A stretch of DNA of 64,000 bases from Spirochaetia bacterium (GCA_965203905.1 CBDBDQ010000005.1:1824001-1888000), one strand, 5' to 3'; shown: positions 8,788 to 18,425, numbered from the stretch's first letter. The notes: generated by a model not told the origin, from the sequence alone. Numbers and translations are program-made.

Positions 8788-10917
8788 CCAGGACCATCGG
8801 ACCATCCCTGCTGAACGACGTCTGAATCCCGTGTGCGGCCGAGCGGCCGTGATGGCCCCCGGCGCCTACCAGATCGCCGCACACCCGCAACGCCGGTTTC
8901 CGCCGCTGCATTGCTGCCACGCCGGCGCCGCGGTGCAGGATTCGCAGGATTCTGCGAAAAAGTGCCAAAAAAACGCGCTGAGCACTTGACGGGTTTGGCG
9001 CTGCTCGTGACGGCCTCCTGCCGCACGTTCCGGCCCCTCCGACCCTTCGAACATCCCGCCACGCCCTCCAGGACCGTCAGCACCCGCCAGCGCCGGCCTA
9101 AGCCCTTCCCGGTGCCCGTCCCGGGACTTGCAGAAACCGGGCATTTCTCAACCATGATTATATTTACGCCATGACTGCCGCGACCGCTACCGGCTTCTCC
9201 TCCTCGCTTTCCGGGCTCCCCGACCAGGTGCTGCTGGCGCATACCAGGTCCCTCGTCCTGCACGAGCAGGCGCTGCAGCTCGCCGTCCTCGACCACCTGC
9301 GCGAGATCCATGCGCGTCACCTCCACCTGCGCCTCGGGTTCTCCAGCCTGTTCGACTACGCCGTCCGCGAGCTGGGCTACAGCGAGGGTGCCGCTTGGCG
9401 TCGCATAAAGGCGATGCGCCTGTGCTCCGAGACCGCCGGGACACGCGAGCGGCTGCAGGACGGCTCACTCTCCCTGAGCGCGGCGGCGCAGTTGCAGAAC
9501 ACCTTCGATCTCCTGCAGCGCACGGCCACCGCCGCCGCGGACCCCGGCTCGGCACCCGCGGCAGCGGAGCTGCTGCCGGGCGCCACGGGGACGCCGCCCG
9601 AGGCGGGGGCTTCCGCGGCCGAGGTCGCGGCGCCACCGAGCCCGGTGCAGGCGCGACCGGTGCCGGCGCTGGACGCGGCGCAGCGGCAGGAGCTGGTGGC
9701 GCAGGCGAGCGGCAAGAGCACCCGCGAGGTGAAGCAGTTGTTGGCCGGGGTGGCTCCCGAGCTGGCGCGGCCGGCCGATCGCATGCGGGCGCTGGGCGAC
9801 GGCCGCTGGGAGCTGAAGGCAGTGATCGACTCTGCCTGCCAGCGCGGGATCGAGCAGCTACGGGCACTGCTGTCGCACGTGGACCCGCACCTGACGCTGG
9901 GGCAGCTCGTGGAGCGGCTGGTGCAGGACGGCCTGAAGCGCTACGACCCGGGGCGACCGCCGCGCGGGCGCAGAGGTGGGCGCCGGAAGGCAAGCTCGGG
10001 CCAGGCGCCGGAGCCGACGGCGCAGCAAGGGCCGGCAGGCGGGGCGGCTTCGCTGGCGAAGTGGGGCGTGCAAGAGCAACCCGGAGTGCCACCGACGCCG
10101 GCGGGCACGAGCGCCGGTGGCAGCACCCCGGCGCCGGCAGCGCTGTCCGCAGCGGAACCCGCGCGCGGGATTTGCGACGCCGGCACCTCCGTGGTGGCAG
10201 CGCTGTCCGCGCCGCCGTCGGGGCGCGAGACTTGCGGCGGCATCATCTCGGTGAGTGCCAAGCCAGCGGCGGCGGCGCCCGGCACCGCTGTTTCGGCAGC
10301 GAAGTCGGTGGCAGATAGTGGGTCCCACGCTACCGTACCGACGCCACGGCCGACGCCGCCGGCAGACCAGAGCATGCCGCCCGCGCGGGCAGCGGCGGAT
10401 CGCGGTCGCCACGCTCCTTCGCCAGCGAAGCGGACAGGGGCCGCGCAGCGGGCAGGGGCGGCGCAGCGGGCAGGAGCGGCGCCGCCGGCAGGAGCGCAGC
10501 TCGATGGCCGTTCGCGCACGCAGGCGGCGCCAGCCGGCCCGTCCGCAGGCAGCGCGCAGCCGGCCCACCGGCCGCGTCGATCCCGGTACATTCCGGCACC
10601 AGTGCGGCGCGAGGTGTGGCGCCGCGACGGCGGCTGCTGCAGTTACGTCGATCCGCGCAGCGGGCGGCGCTGTGGGTCCCGCTTTCTCCTGGAGTTCGAC
10701 CACATCGTTCCCTACGCGCTCGGCGGCGGCGCCGAGCCGGGGAACTTGAGGCTGCATTGTGCTGCTCACCACCGCTTCCGGCATCGGGAGCACGGATCGC
10801 CGCCAGACGGGGCCACGTGATCGGCGCGCGCCGGGGTGCGAGTTGCGCCGTTGGGCGTCGGTCCGAGGGCAGCGGGAGCAACGATTTGCAGCCGGCTTGT
10901 CGCGTAGCGGGGGATAG
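8788..10917 (+). mobile_element. HNH-gene repeat element, copy 1
   Basis: Homologous to 26902-29034 in inverted orientation across the non-coding left arm, ORF and ~95 nt right arm; right terminus appears clipped. Confidence 0.75.
9171..10820 (+). CDS. HNH endonuclease domain protein (helical N-domain, Ala/Pro-rich linker, C-terminal HNH)
   Basis: LGFSSLFDYAVRELGYSEGAAWRRIKAMRL; RYIPAPVRREVWRRDGGCC...C...EFDHIVPYALGG...NLRLHCAAHH. Confidence 0.9.
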   Translation: MTAATATGFSSSLSGLPDQVLLAHTRSLVLHEQALQLAVLDHLREIHARHLHLRLGFSSLFDYAVRELGYSEGAAWRRIKAMRLCSETAGTRERLQDGSLSLSAAAQLQNTFDLLQRTATAAADPGSAPAAAELLPGATGTPPEAGASAAEVAAPPSPVQARPVPALDAAQRQELVAQASGKSTREVKQLLAGVAPELARPADRMRALGDGRWELKAVIDSACQRGIEQLRALLSHVDPHLTLGQLVERLVQDGLKRYDPGRPPRGRRGGRRKASSGQAPEPTAQQGPAGGAASLAKWGVQEQPGVPPTPAGTSAGGSTPAPAALSAAEPARGICDAGTSVVAALSAPPSGRETCGGIISVSAKPAAAAPGTAVSAAKSVADSGSHATVPTPRPTPPADQSMPPARAAADRGRHAPSPAKRTGAAQRAGAAQRAGAAPPAGAQLDGRSRTQAAPAGPSAGSAQPAHRPRRSRYIPAPVRREVWRRDGGCCSYVDPRSGRRCGSRFLLEFDHIVPYALGGGAEPGNLRLHCAAHHRFRHREHGSPPDGAT

Positions 10918-11093
10918 TTGACACCGGCCGCGCGGTGCTCCCGGTCAAGCAGCGCCTCAAGCTCTACCCGTCGGCGATCCGCGACGGCTGGATCTTCGTG
11001 GATCTGCAGCGTCCGGAACCGTGGCCGGTGGTGTCGCTCCTGGCCCGACCGCGCCGTTCGTACGGCCGCCGGCGGGCCCACCGGTCGCCGTAG
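10917..11093 (+). pseudogene. C-terminal fragment of a Rieske (2Fe-2S) ferredoxin
   Basis: Frame reads VDTGRAVLPVKQRLKLYPSAIRDGWIFVDL, a typical Rieske C-terminus; CxH/CxxH ligands and start codon missing. Confidence 0.6.
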
Positions 11094-11237
11094 AGACGGG
11101 CGACGCCGTGGTGCGGCACTCGCCACGGGCGTCCGCCGCCGCGGCGGGGGCCGTGCTGCTGGTACACAGCGCCGGTTTCAGTGCAGGGTAACGGTCAGGA
11201 TACGCGCAGCCGTTACCATCTGCGAGGAGGCGAGAGC

Positions 11238-12350
11238 ATGAGCCAGACCGCGACCGCACCGGTGATCGAAGCAACGGCCGCCGCTCCGGTGGATTCGGAC
11301 GCACCGGTGCGCCCGGCGATCATCGACTGCGACCTGCACAACGAGATCGACACGCTCAAGGACCTGTATCCCTACCTGCCGCAACGCTGGCGCGAGCACG
11401 TCGAGACCTTCGGCGTGCGCACGCCCAATGGCGGCTACTACCCGCGCTTCATGGACCACCGCGAGGATGCGCGGCCGCCGTCGGGGCGCCCTCCCGGTAC
11501 CGACGTGGCGTTCACCGGCAGGGACCTCCTCGACCGCTACAACGTCGCCTACGCGATCCTCAATCCGGCGGTGCTGGCCAACGTGGCGCTGGACCTGGAT
11601 CTGGGCACCGCCCTGGCGCGCGCCACCAACGACTGGCAGGTGGCCGAGTGGCTCGACCGCGACCCGCGGCTGCGCGCCTCGATCATGCTGGCGCCGGAGG
11701 ACCCGGTGGCGGCCGCCGCCGAGGTGCGCCGCTGCGCGCGCGACCGGCGCTTCGTGCAGGTGCTGTTCAAGGGCCGCCACCAGGAGCCGATGGGCCGCCG
11801 CCGCTACTGGCCGATCTACGAGGCGTGCGCCGAGGAGGGCCTGCACGTGGCCACCCACGCGTTCGGCGCCTACGGCCAACCCATCACCGGCGCGGGGCAT
11901 GCCTCTTACTACATCGAGGACCACCTCAGTCCCTCCCAGTCGGTGCAGGCCAACATCACCAGCCTGGTGGTGGAGGGAGTCTTCGACCGCTTCGGCATCA
12001 AGCTGATCTCGATCGAGAACGCCTTCGCCTGGGCGCCCTCGCTGATGTGGCGCCTCGACGCCGCCTGGAAACTGCTGCGCGCCGAGGTGCCGCACCTGCG
12101 GCGGCTGCCCTCGGAGATCATCTGCGAGCATCTCTACCTGAGCACCCAGCCGGTCGAGGAGCCGCCGCGGGCGGCCGACTTCCAGCGTCTGCTGGAGCAT
12201 TTCGGGCCGCTGGCGGACCACCTGCTGCTGGCCAGCGACTACCCGCACTGGGACAGCGACAACCCCGACGTGGTGCTGCCGCACAGCCTCCCCGAACAGC
12301 TCAAGGCGCGCATCCGCTACCACAACGCCAGCGCCCTGTACGGGCTGTAG
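11238..12350 (+). CDS. Amidohydrolase_2 family metallo-hydrolase
   Basis: IIDCDLHN, TNDWQVAEWL, ASDYPHWD; RBS GAGGAGG. Confidence 0.9.
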   Translation: MSQTATAPVIEATAAAPVDSDAPVRPAIIDCDLHNEIDTLKDLYPYLPQRWREHVETFGVRTPNGGYYPRFMDHREDARPPSGRPPGTDVAFTGRDLLDRYNVAYAILNPAVLANVALDLDLGTALARATNDWQVAEWLDRDPRLRASIMLAPEDPVAAAAEVRRCARDRRFVQVLFKGRHQEPMGRRRYWPIYEACAEEGLHVATHAFGAYGQPITGAGHASYYIEDHLSPSQSVQANITSLVVEGVFDRFGIKLISIENAFAWAPSLMWRLDAAWKLLRAEVPHLRRLPSEIICEHLYLSTQPVEEPPRAADFQRLLEHFGPLADHLLLASDYPHWDSDNPDVVLPHSLPEQLKARIRYHNASALYGL

Positions 12351-12394
12351 TCGTCCTGCTGCCATGAGTCGCCGGCAATGATAGATTGATCTTG

Positions 12395-12607
12395 ATGACC
12401 CAGTTACGGGAGCAGGCGATCGCCGCAATCCGGACGCTTCCGAACCAGCGTCAGGACGAAGCAGCCGCATTGCTGCTGGACTTGGTTCAGGATGATCCCG
12501 GGAGCGTGAGCCTCAACCCCGAGCAGGCTGTCGAGGTCGAGCGCCGTCTCCGGGAACCAGGCTCCTCTGTTACCCATGAACAGGTTCGGGGCTTCTTCCG
12601 AGCCTGA
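12395..12607 (+). CDS. Putative addiction-module (antitoxin-like) small protein, no adjacent toxin
   Basis: AIRTLPNQRQDEAA...LNPEQAVEVERRL...VTHEQV resembles putative addiction module components. Confidence 0.55.
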   Translation: MTQLREQAIAAIRTLPNQRQDEAAALLLDLVQDDPGSVSLNPEQAVEVERRLREPGSSVTHEQVRGFFRA

Positions 12608-12617
12608 ACCCCTTGGT

Positions 12618-13460
12618 ATGGCGCGGACGCGGTTGACGAGGCAGCAGATGCGGGCGTTCGAGACTTTCGGGTTTCTGGCGTTTCCGGGGCTGCTGGCCGA
12701 TTGCAGCGACGAGATCATCGATGAGTTCGAGGCGGTGTGGCGGCGCCACGGCGGCGGCCACGACGGCCGGCCTCACGACGGCGAGCGGCGTTCCTGCCTG
12801 GTGCCGTTCATCGACCAGAGCGAGCGCCTGTCGGCGCTGATCGACGACCCGCGCATCCACGACATCGTCGCCAGCCTGCTGGGCGACGACTTCAACTACG
12901 CCGGCAGCGACGGCAACTACTACGCCGGCGACACCCGCTGGCACTCGGACGGCTGGAACCCGGTGCGACCGCTGTCGATCAAGCTCGCCCTCTACCTCGA
13001 CCCCCTGACCCGCGACACCGGGGCGTTGCGGGTGATTCCCGGCAGCCATCGGGCCGGCGAACCCTACGCCGATTTGCTCCAGGAGCGGGTTGGCGACAGC
13101 GCCGCGGAGTGGGGCCTGGACGGCCGCGACCTGCCGGCGCTGGCCCTGGAGACGCGTCCCGGCGACGTGCTGTGCTTCAACCACAACACCAAGCATGCCG
13201 CCTTCGGCGGCGGCGGGCGGCGGCGGATGTTCACCATCAACTGCCACCAGCGTTACCCGGAGGAGCGGCTGGACGAGTTGCGCCAGCACGTTTCCTCCTT
13301 TGCCCGCTTCTGGAACGAGCGCGTCTACGGCCCCGCCATGCTGCGCACTGCCGGACCCGAACGGATGGTGCACCTGGAGCAGATACTGGCCAACGACGGC
13401 CACCTGGCGGAGCTGTCGCGCCAGCAGCGCGCGCAGATGAACGAGCCGTCGCGCGGCTGA
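12618..13460 (+). CDS. Phytanoyl-CoA dioxygenase (PhyH) family Fe/2OG oxygenase
   Basis: FETFGFL, WHSD (HxD), GALRVIPGSH, PGDVLCFNHNTKH. Confidence 0.9.
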   Translation: MARTRLTRQQMRAFETFGFLAFPGLLADCSDEIIDEFEAVWRRHGGGHDGRPHDGERRSCLVPFIDQSERLSALIDDPRIHDIVASLLGDDFNYAGSDGNYYAGDTRWHSDGWNPVRPLSIKLALYLDPLTRDTGALRVIPGSHRAGEPYADLLQERVGDSAAEWGLDGRDLPALALETRPGDVLCFNHNTKHAAFGGGGRRRMFTINCHQRYPEERLDELRQHVSSFARFWNERVYGPAMLRTAGPERMVHLEQILANDGHLAELSRQQRAQMNEPSRG

Positions 13461-13538
13461 CCGATTGCCAGAAGCGCCGCCGCAGCACGATAATGGGGGC
13501 GAGCGGCCGCGACCGCGCGCTGCTGGAGGACGTAATCA

Positions 13539-14957
13539 ATGAAGATGCTGCTTGGCGGCAAGTGGGTAGACCGGGACGACAAGATCGAGGTGCGCAACCC
13601 GTTCGACGGCTCGGTGGTGGACACGGTGCCGCGCTCCGATCTGAGCGACGTGGAGGAGGCGCTGGCGACCGCCGAACGGGGCGCGGCCGTCATGCGCGGA
13701 CTGACCGGCTACGAGCGCTACGAGATCCTGCACAAGGTGGCCGACCTGATGCGCGAGCGGGCCGACGACCTGGCGCGCACCATCACCCTGGAAGAGGGCA
13801 AGATTCTCGCCGAGGCGACCATCGAGGCGACCCGCGCGCGTGAGATCATCGTGCTCTCCGCGGAGGAGGCGAAGCGGCTCGGCGGCGAGGTGATCCCGCT
13901 GGAGGGCGCCCCCGGGGTGAACGGCAAGCTCGGCTTCACGGTGCGGGTGCCGTGCGGCATCGTGGTGGGCATCAGTCCGTTCAACTTCCCGCTGCACCTG
14001 GTGTGCCACAAGGTGGGGCCGGCCTTCGCCGCGGGCAACGCCTGCATCATCAAGCCGGCCACCGACACGCCGCTGTCGGCGCTGAAGCTGATCGAGCTGT
14101 TCGTGGAAGCGGGGGCGCCGCCGGAGGCGGTGCAGTGCCTGACCGGTCCCGGCGGCGCCATCGGCAACGCCCTGTGCGGCGACCGCCGGGTGCGCAAGAT
14201 CACCTTCACCGGCAGCCGCGACATCGGCGAGCAGATCTGCAAGGTGGCGGGCCTGAAGCGGGTGACCATGGAGCTGGGCTCCAACTCGCCGCTGATCGTG
14301 ATGCCCGACGCCGATCCGGAGCGGGTGGCCGCGGCCGCCGCCATGAGCGGCTTTTCCAACGCCGGCCAGGTGTGCATCTCCACCCAGCGCGTCATCGCCC
14401 ACCATGACATCTACGGCGACCTGCTGGACGCCATGACCGAGGCCACCGCCGCCATCTCCACCGGCAACCCGCTGGAGGCGGGCACCGGCATGGGGCCGAT
14501 GATCCGCGAGGAGGACTCGGAGCGGGTCGCCGGCTGGGTCAGCGAGGCCGCCGGCGCCGGCGCCCGCGTGCTCGCCGGCGGCAGCCGCAACGGGCAGCTG
14601 TTCGAGCCCACCCTGGTGGCCGACGTCAGCCCGGAGATGCGCATCTCCTGCGACGAGATCTTCGGCCCGGTGGTCGGGGTCACCAATGCGCCGGACATCG
14701 ACGCCGCCATCGCCGCGGCCAACGACACCAACTACGGCCTGAGCGCCGCCATCTTCACCCAGAACGTGGACTGGGCGATGAAGTTCGTGCGCGAGTGCGA
14801 GTCGGGGAACCTGCACGTGAACTGGGGCACCCAGTGGCGCGCCGACCTGATGCCGTACGGCGGCGTCAAGGAGAGCGGCATGGGCAAGGAGGGTCCCAAG
14901 TACGCGGTGCAGGAGATGACCGAGACCAAGATGGCGGTGTTCCACCTGCCGGAGTAG
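13539..14957 (+). CDS. Aldehyde dehydrogenase
   Basis: PFNFP, KPA, FTGS, ELGSN, GQVCIS, EIFGP, PYGGVKESG. Confidence 0.95.
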   Translation: MKMLLGGKWVDRDDKIEVRNPFDGSVVDTVPRSDLSDVEEALATAERGAAVMRGLTGYERYEILHKVADLMRERADDLARTITLEEGKILAEATIEATRAREIIVLSAEEAKRLGGEVIPLEGAPGVNGKLGFTVRVPCGIVVGISPFNFPLHLVCHKVGPAFAAGNACIIKPATDTPLSALKLIELFVEAGAPPEAVQCLTGPGGAIGNALCGDRRVRKITFTGSRDIGEQICKVAGLKRVTMELGSNSPLIVMPDADPERVAAAAAMSGFSNAGQVCISTQRVIAHHDIYGDLLDAMTEATAAISTGNPLEAGTGMGPMIREEDSERVAGWVSEAAGAGARVLAGGSRNGQLFEPTLVADVSPEMRISCDEIFGPVVGVTNAPDIDAAIAAANDTNYGLSAAIFTQNVDWAMKFVRECESGNLHVNWGTQWRADLMPYGGVKESGMGKEGPKYAVQEMTETKMAVFHLPE

Positions 14958-14974
14958 CGTCTGGAGACCACGGC

Positions 14975-15406
14975 GTGGTCGATCAGCGCGAGCCGCCGGC
15001 GCGGCGTCTCTCCGCCGGCGTCGTGCCGGTGCGCGCTACCGCGGCCGGTGCGCGGTTCCTGGTACTGCGCGCCTACCGCTACTGGGACTTTCCCAAGGGG
15101 CTGGTCGCGCCCTGCGAAGAGCCGCTGGCGGCGGCGCTGCGCGAGTTGCGCGAGGAGACCGGCATCGAGGGGGTGGAGCTGGCATGGGGCGCGGAGTACT
15201 ACGAGACCGCGCCGTACGCCGGCGGCAAGGTGGCGCGCTACTACCTGGGACGCACCGACCGGGAGGCCGTGACCCTGCCGGTGAGCCCCGAGCTGGGGCG
15301 TCCGGAGCACCACGAGTACCGCTGGGTCAGCGCCGCGGAGGGCTTCGAACTGCTGGGTGAGCGGGTGGCCGCGGCGTTACGCTGGGCCGCCGCCCGCTGC
15401 GCCTGA
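14975..15406 (+). CDS. NUDIX hydrolase (Ap4A hydrolase-like)
   Basis: SAGVV, WDFPKG...AALRELREETG, EHHEYRW. Confidence 0.88.
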   Translation: MVDQREPPARRLSAGVVPVRATAAGARFLVLRAYRYWDFPKGLVAPCEEPLAAALRELREETGIEGVELAWGAEYYETAPYAGGKVARYYLGRTDREAVTLPVSPELGRPEHHEYRWVSAAEGFELLGERVAAALRWAAARCA

Positions 15407-16771
15407 GGCGCCCTCCGGCCCAGGTGTGCCTGCTCCCTCGGGGAGGGCGTCCAGTTCGGCCAGGACCTGCTCGGTATGCTCGCCCAGCGCCGGCGCCGGC
15501 GGCCGCGCCCGCTCCGCCGCCACCCCGGCGAACTTGAGCGGGGATCCGGGAACCAGCAGGCCGTCGCATCCCGTCACCGGCAGCAGCATGTTGCGGGCGG
15601 CGAGCTGCGGATCGTGGAACAGGTCGGCCACGGTGTTCACCGGCGCCGCCGGGACGCCGGCCGCCGCCAGCCGCTGCAGCCAGGCAGCACTGGACTCCCG
15701 CGCCAGCGCGCGCTCCAGCTCCCGCTTCAGCTCCGCCACGTGCTCGGTACGGGCCGCGTTGCCGGCGAAGCGCGGGTCACCGACCAGGTCGTCGCGGCCG
15801 AGCACCGTGCACAGCGTCGCGAACAGGCGCTCGTTGCCCGCCGCCACCACGATCTCGTCGTCGGCGGTGGCGAAGGTCTCGAACGGGGTGATGGAAGGGT
15901 GCCGGGTGCCCAGCGGCCCCGGCACCGCGCCGGTGACCTGGTAGCGCGCGATGGCGTTCTCCAGCACCGACACCGTGGCGTCGAGCATGCCCAGGTCCAG
16001 CACCGCGCCCTCCCCGGTGCGCGCGCGCCGCGCCAGCGCCGCGGCGATGCCGATGGCGGCGTACAGGCCGCTGACGATGTCGGCGATGGAGGTGCCGACG
16101 CGCACCCGCCGCCCGTGCCGCCCGGCGCCGTCCGGCGAACCCGGCCCGGGCACCGCGTCCGCCGGCACCTCCTCCGCGTCCGCCGCCGGCTCCGGCTCGA
16201 GTTCCGCGTCCGCCGGCGCCGCCTCCAGCGCCTGCCTCGCGTGCGCTGGTACCTCCTCCGGCGCCTCGGTTCCGGTGATCGACATCAGCCCCGAGAGCGC
16301 CTGGATGATCATGTCGTAGGCGGGCCGCTGCGCGTCCGGGCCGGTGGCGCCGAAGCCGCTCACCGCCGCGTACACCAGCCGCGGGTTGAGCTGCCGCAGC
16401 CGCTCCGGCGGGAACCCCAGCCTGGCCAGCGTGCCGGGACGGTAATTCTCCACCAGCACGTCGGCACGGCGGATCAGCCCGGCCAGGGCCGTGCGTCCGT
16501 CCTCCCGCTTGAGGTCGAGCACCACCGAGCGCTTGCCGCAGTTGAGGCTGGTGAAGTAGGAGGAGGAGGCCCCGCGTTCGCCCACCGCTCCCGCCGCGCC
16601 CCCCGCCTTCGGCAGGAACGGCCCGAAGCCGCGTGCCTCGTCGCCCTCCGGCGGCTCCACCTTGATCACCTCGGCACCCAGGTCGCGCAGCACCATGGTG
16701 CAGAACGGCCCGGCGAGGACCCGGGTCAGGTCCACCACGGTGATCCCGTCTAGGGGCTTCGCTTCAGACAT
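15377..16771 (-). CDS. CoA-transferase family III (CaiB/BaiF)
   Basis: PLDGITVVDLTRVLAGPFCT, DLGAEVIKVE, NCGKRS, ENYRPG, YDMIIQALSG. Confidence 0.93.
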   Translation of the reverse strand: MSEAKPLDGITVVDLTRVLAGPFCTMVLRDLGAEVIKVEPPEGDEARGFGPFLPKAGGAAGAVGERGASSSYFTSLNCGKRSVVLDLKREDGRTALAGLIRRADVLVENYRPGTLARLGFPPERLRQLNPRLVYAAVSGFGATGPDAQRPAYDMIIQALSGLMSITGTEAPEEVPAHARQALEAAPADAELEPEPAADAEEVPADAVPGPGSPDGAGRHGRRVRVGTSIADIVSGLYAAIGIAAALARRARTGEGAVLDLGMLDATVSVLENAIARYQVTGAVPGPLGTRHPSITPFETFATADDEIVVAAGNERLFATLCTVLGRDDLVGDPRFAGNAARTEHVAELKRELERALARESSAAWLQRLAAAGVPAAPVNTVADLFHDPQLAARNMLLPVTGCDGLLVPGSPLKFAGVAAERARPPAPALGEHTEQVLAELDALPEGAGTPGPEGASGAAGGGPA

Positions 16772-16831
16772 GCACGGCCACGGTACCGCCTTTGCGCGCG
16801 CGGCGTCGACGCCGTGTTAGAATCGCGCTCC

Positions 16832-17514
16832 GTGAGCCAGCGACTGCGCATTACCGACGTGGTGCGGGTGCCGTTGCGCGACCTGGGCGAGGTGGGGAGC
16901 ATCGAGCCGGCCTGGAACCCGGGCGGAGAGACGCGCGTGGTGCGCGGCGGCGGCGCCTACCTGGAGATCCGCACCGACGCCGGGGTGACCGGCATCGGTC
17001 CCGACGTGCCGCCCGACCTGGTGGCCGCCGCCGGGCCGCACCTGGTGGGGGCCGATCCGTTCGCCACCGAGCACCTGGCCGACCGGCTGCGCTACTACGC
17101 CCCCGGCGTTTCCTACCGCGGGCGCGCCGGATTCGACATCGCCCTTTGGGACCTGATCGGCAAGGTGTGCGGGCAGCCGCTGGCGCGGCTGTGGGGTGGC
17201 AACCGCAGCCGGAGGTGATGGTGGTGGGCGGACCGACCGAGATGCGCAAGATCGCGACCCTGGCCGCGGCCTTCGGGCGCCGCATCGTGCCGCATCACGG
17301 CGGCAGCGCGCTCGGCATCGTCACCCACCTGCACCTGGTGGCGGCGTGGTCGCACGCGCCCTGGCTGGAACTGCTGCACGACCCGCCGGTCGGCGACTAC
17401 CGGCACCTGTTCGCCGAGCTCGCGGAGCCGCCGCAGGTGGGGGCCGACGGCTGCTTCGCGGTACCGACCGCGCCCGGCCTTGGCGTACGCATCGACCCCG
17501 CGGCCGTGGCGTGA
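16832..17514 (+). pseudogene. Mandelate racemase/enolase-superfamily gene with internal deletion and frameshift
   Basis: N-domain (TDAGVTGIG, DIALWDLIGK...LWGG) joined out of frame at ~17205 to the C-terminal end (QPEVMVVGG...PHH...PTAPGLG); central barrel missing. Confidence 0.8.
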
Positions 17515-17700
17515 TGCCGGCGCCGCCGTGGCGCCCGTCCGGCCCGCCCGAGGCCCGCCCGGCAGGCGGTTGCCCGTAGTCCGACAACCTCCTATGCTGG
17601 CCGCGACAATGCCTGCACCAACCACTCACCAAGCGGCCGCGGTGATCCGACCGCGGCCGGCCCGGCATGCCGCGGGCACCCTGGACCGGGTGCTCTCCCC

Positions 17701-18165
17701 GTGACCTGGGCGCTCCTGGCCGGCGTCGTAATCGCCGTCTACGTTCTCTACCGCACCTTCCGCAAGAAGCCGGAACCACCGCCCGATGCCACCCCGGAGC
17801 CGGCGCCGGAGGCGGAGGCGACCGCGGAGGCTCCCCAACAGGAGGATGCGCCGATCGCCACCGCCGAAGTGGTTCCCGAGGCGCCGCGCGTCAGCAAGGA
17901 CGAGCTGGTGGAGATGATCGACTCGCTGATCGAGCAGTACGACGAAGAGATCCGCGAGATGACCCCCGCCCAGCAGAAGTCCAAGAAGGCGTCGTGGGAG
18001 CAGATCGAGGAGCTCCAGCAGATGACCCAGATCGACTTCTCCGAAGAGGTGATCGAGCGCTTCTGGGGCTACCGCAAGGGAACCACCCCGGAAATCCCCA
18101 ATACCAAAAAACTGTCCCTCGGGCGTGGCGTTTGGTATACTATGCGCCAGCCGGACAACGAGTAG
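17701..18165 (+). CDS. Membrane-anchored hypothetical protein
   Basis: N-terminal TM helix, acidic Pro-rich linker, helical C-terminal domain. Confidence 0.65.
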   Translation: MTWALLAGVVIAVYVLYRTFRKKPEPPPDATPEPAPEAEATAEAPQQEDAPIATAEVVPEAPRVSKDELVEMIDSLIEQYDEEIREMTPAQQKSKKASWEQIEELQQMTQIDFSEEVIERFWGYRKGTTPEIPNTKKLSLGRGVWYTMRQPDNE

Positions 18166-18173
18166 CTAAAGCC

Positions 18174-18425
18174 ATGCAGAATGAAATCCACCCCAAGTAC
18201 GGGTTTGTCGTGTTCAAGGACACTTCCTCCGATTTTTCCTTCCTGGGCCGTTCCACGCGCTCCTCGAAGGAGAGGATCACGTGGCAGGACGGCGCGGAGT
18301 ACCCGTTGATCAACATCGAGATATCGAGCGCCTCGCATCCCTTCTACACCGGCAAGCAGACCCTGGTGGACAGTGCCGGACGGATCGAGAAGTTCCGCCG
18401 CCGCTACAACCTCCGGCAGTCCTGA
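18174..18425 (+). CDS. rpmE2: 50S ribosomal protein L31 type B
   Basis: MQNEIHPKY...VVFKD...[14 protein letters not shown]...[10 protein letters not shown]; lacks Zn-ligand cysteines. Confidence 0.95.
   Translation: MQNEIHPKYGFVVFKDTSSDFSFLGRSTRSSKERITWQDGAEYPLINIEISSASHPFYTGKQTLVDSAGRIEKFRRRYNLRQS

Noticed and set aside
8770-10930. Target-site duplication around HNH element copy 1
   Set aside because: No direct repeat abuts both ends; only an offset ACCGGC 6-mer, expected by chance
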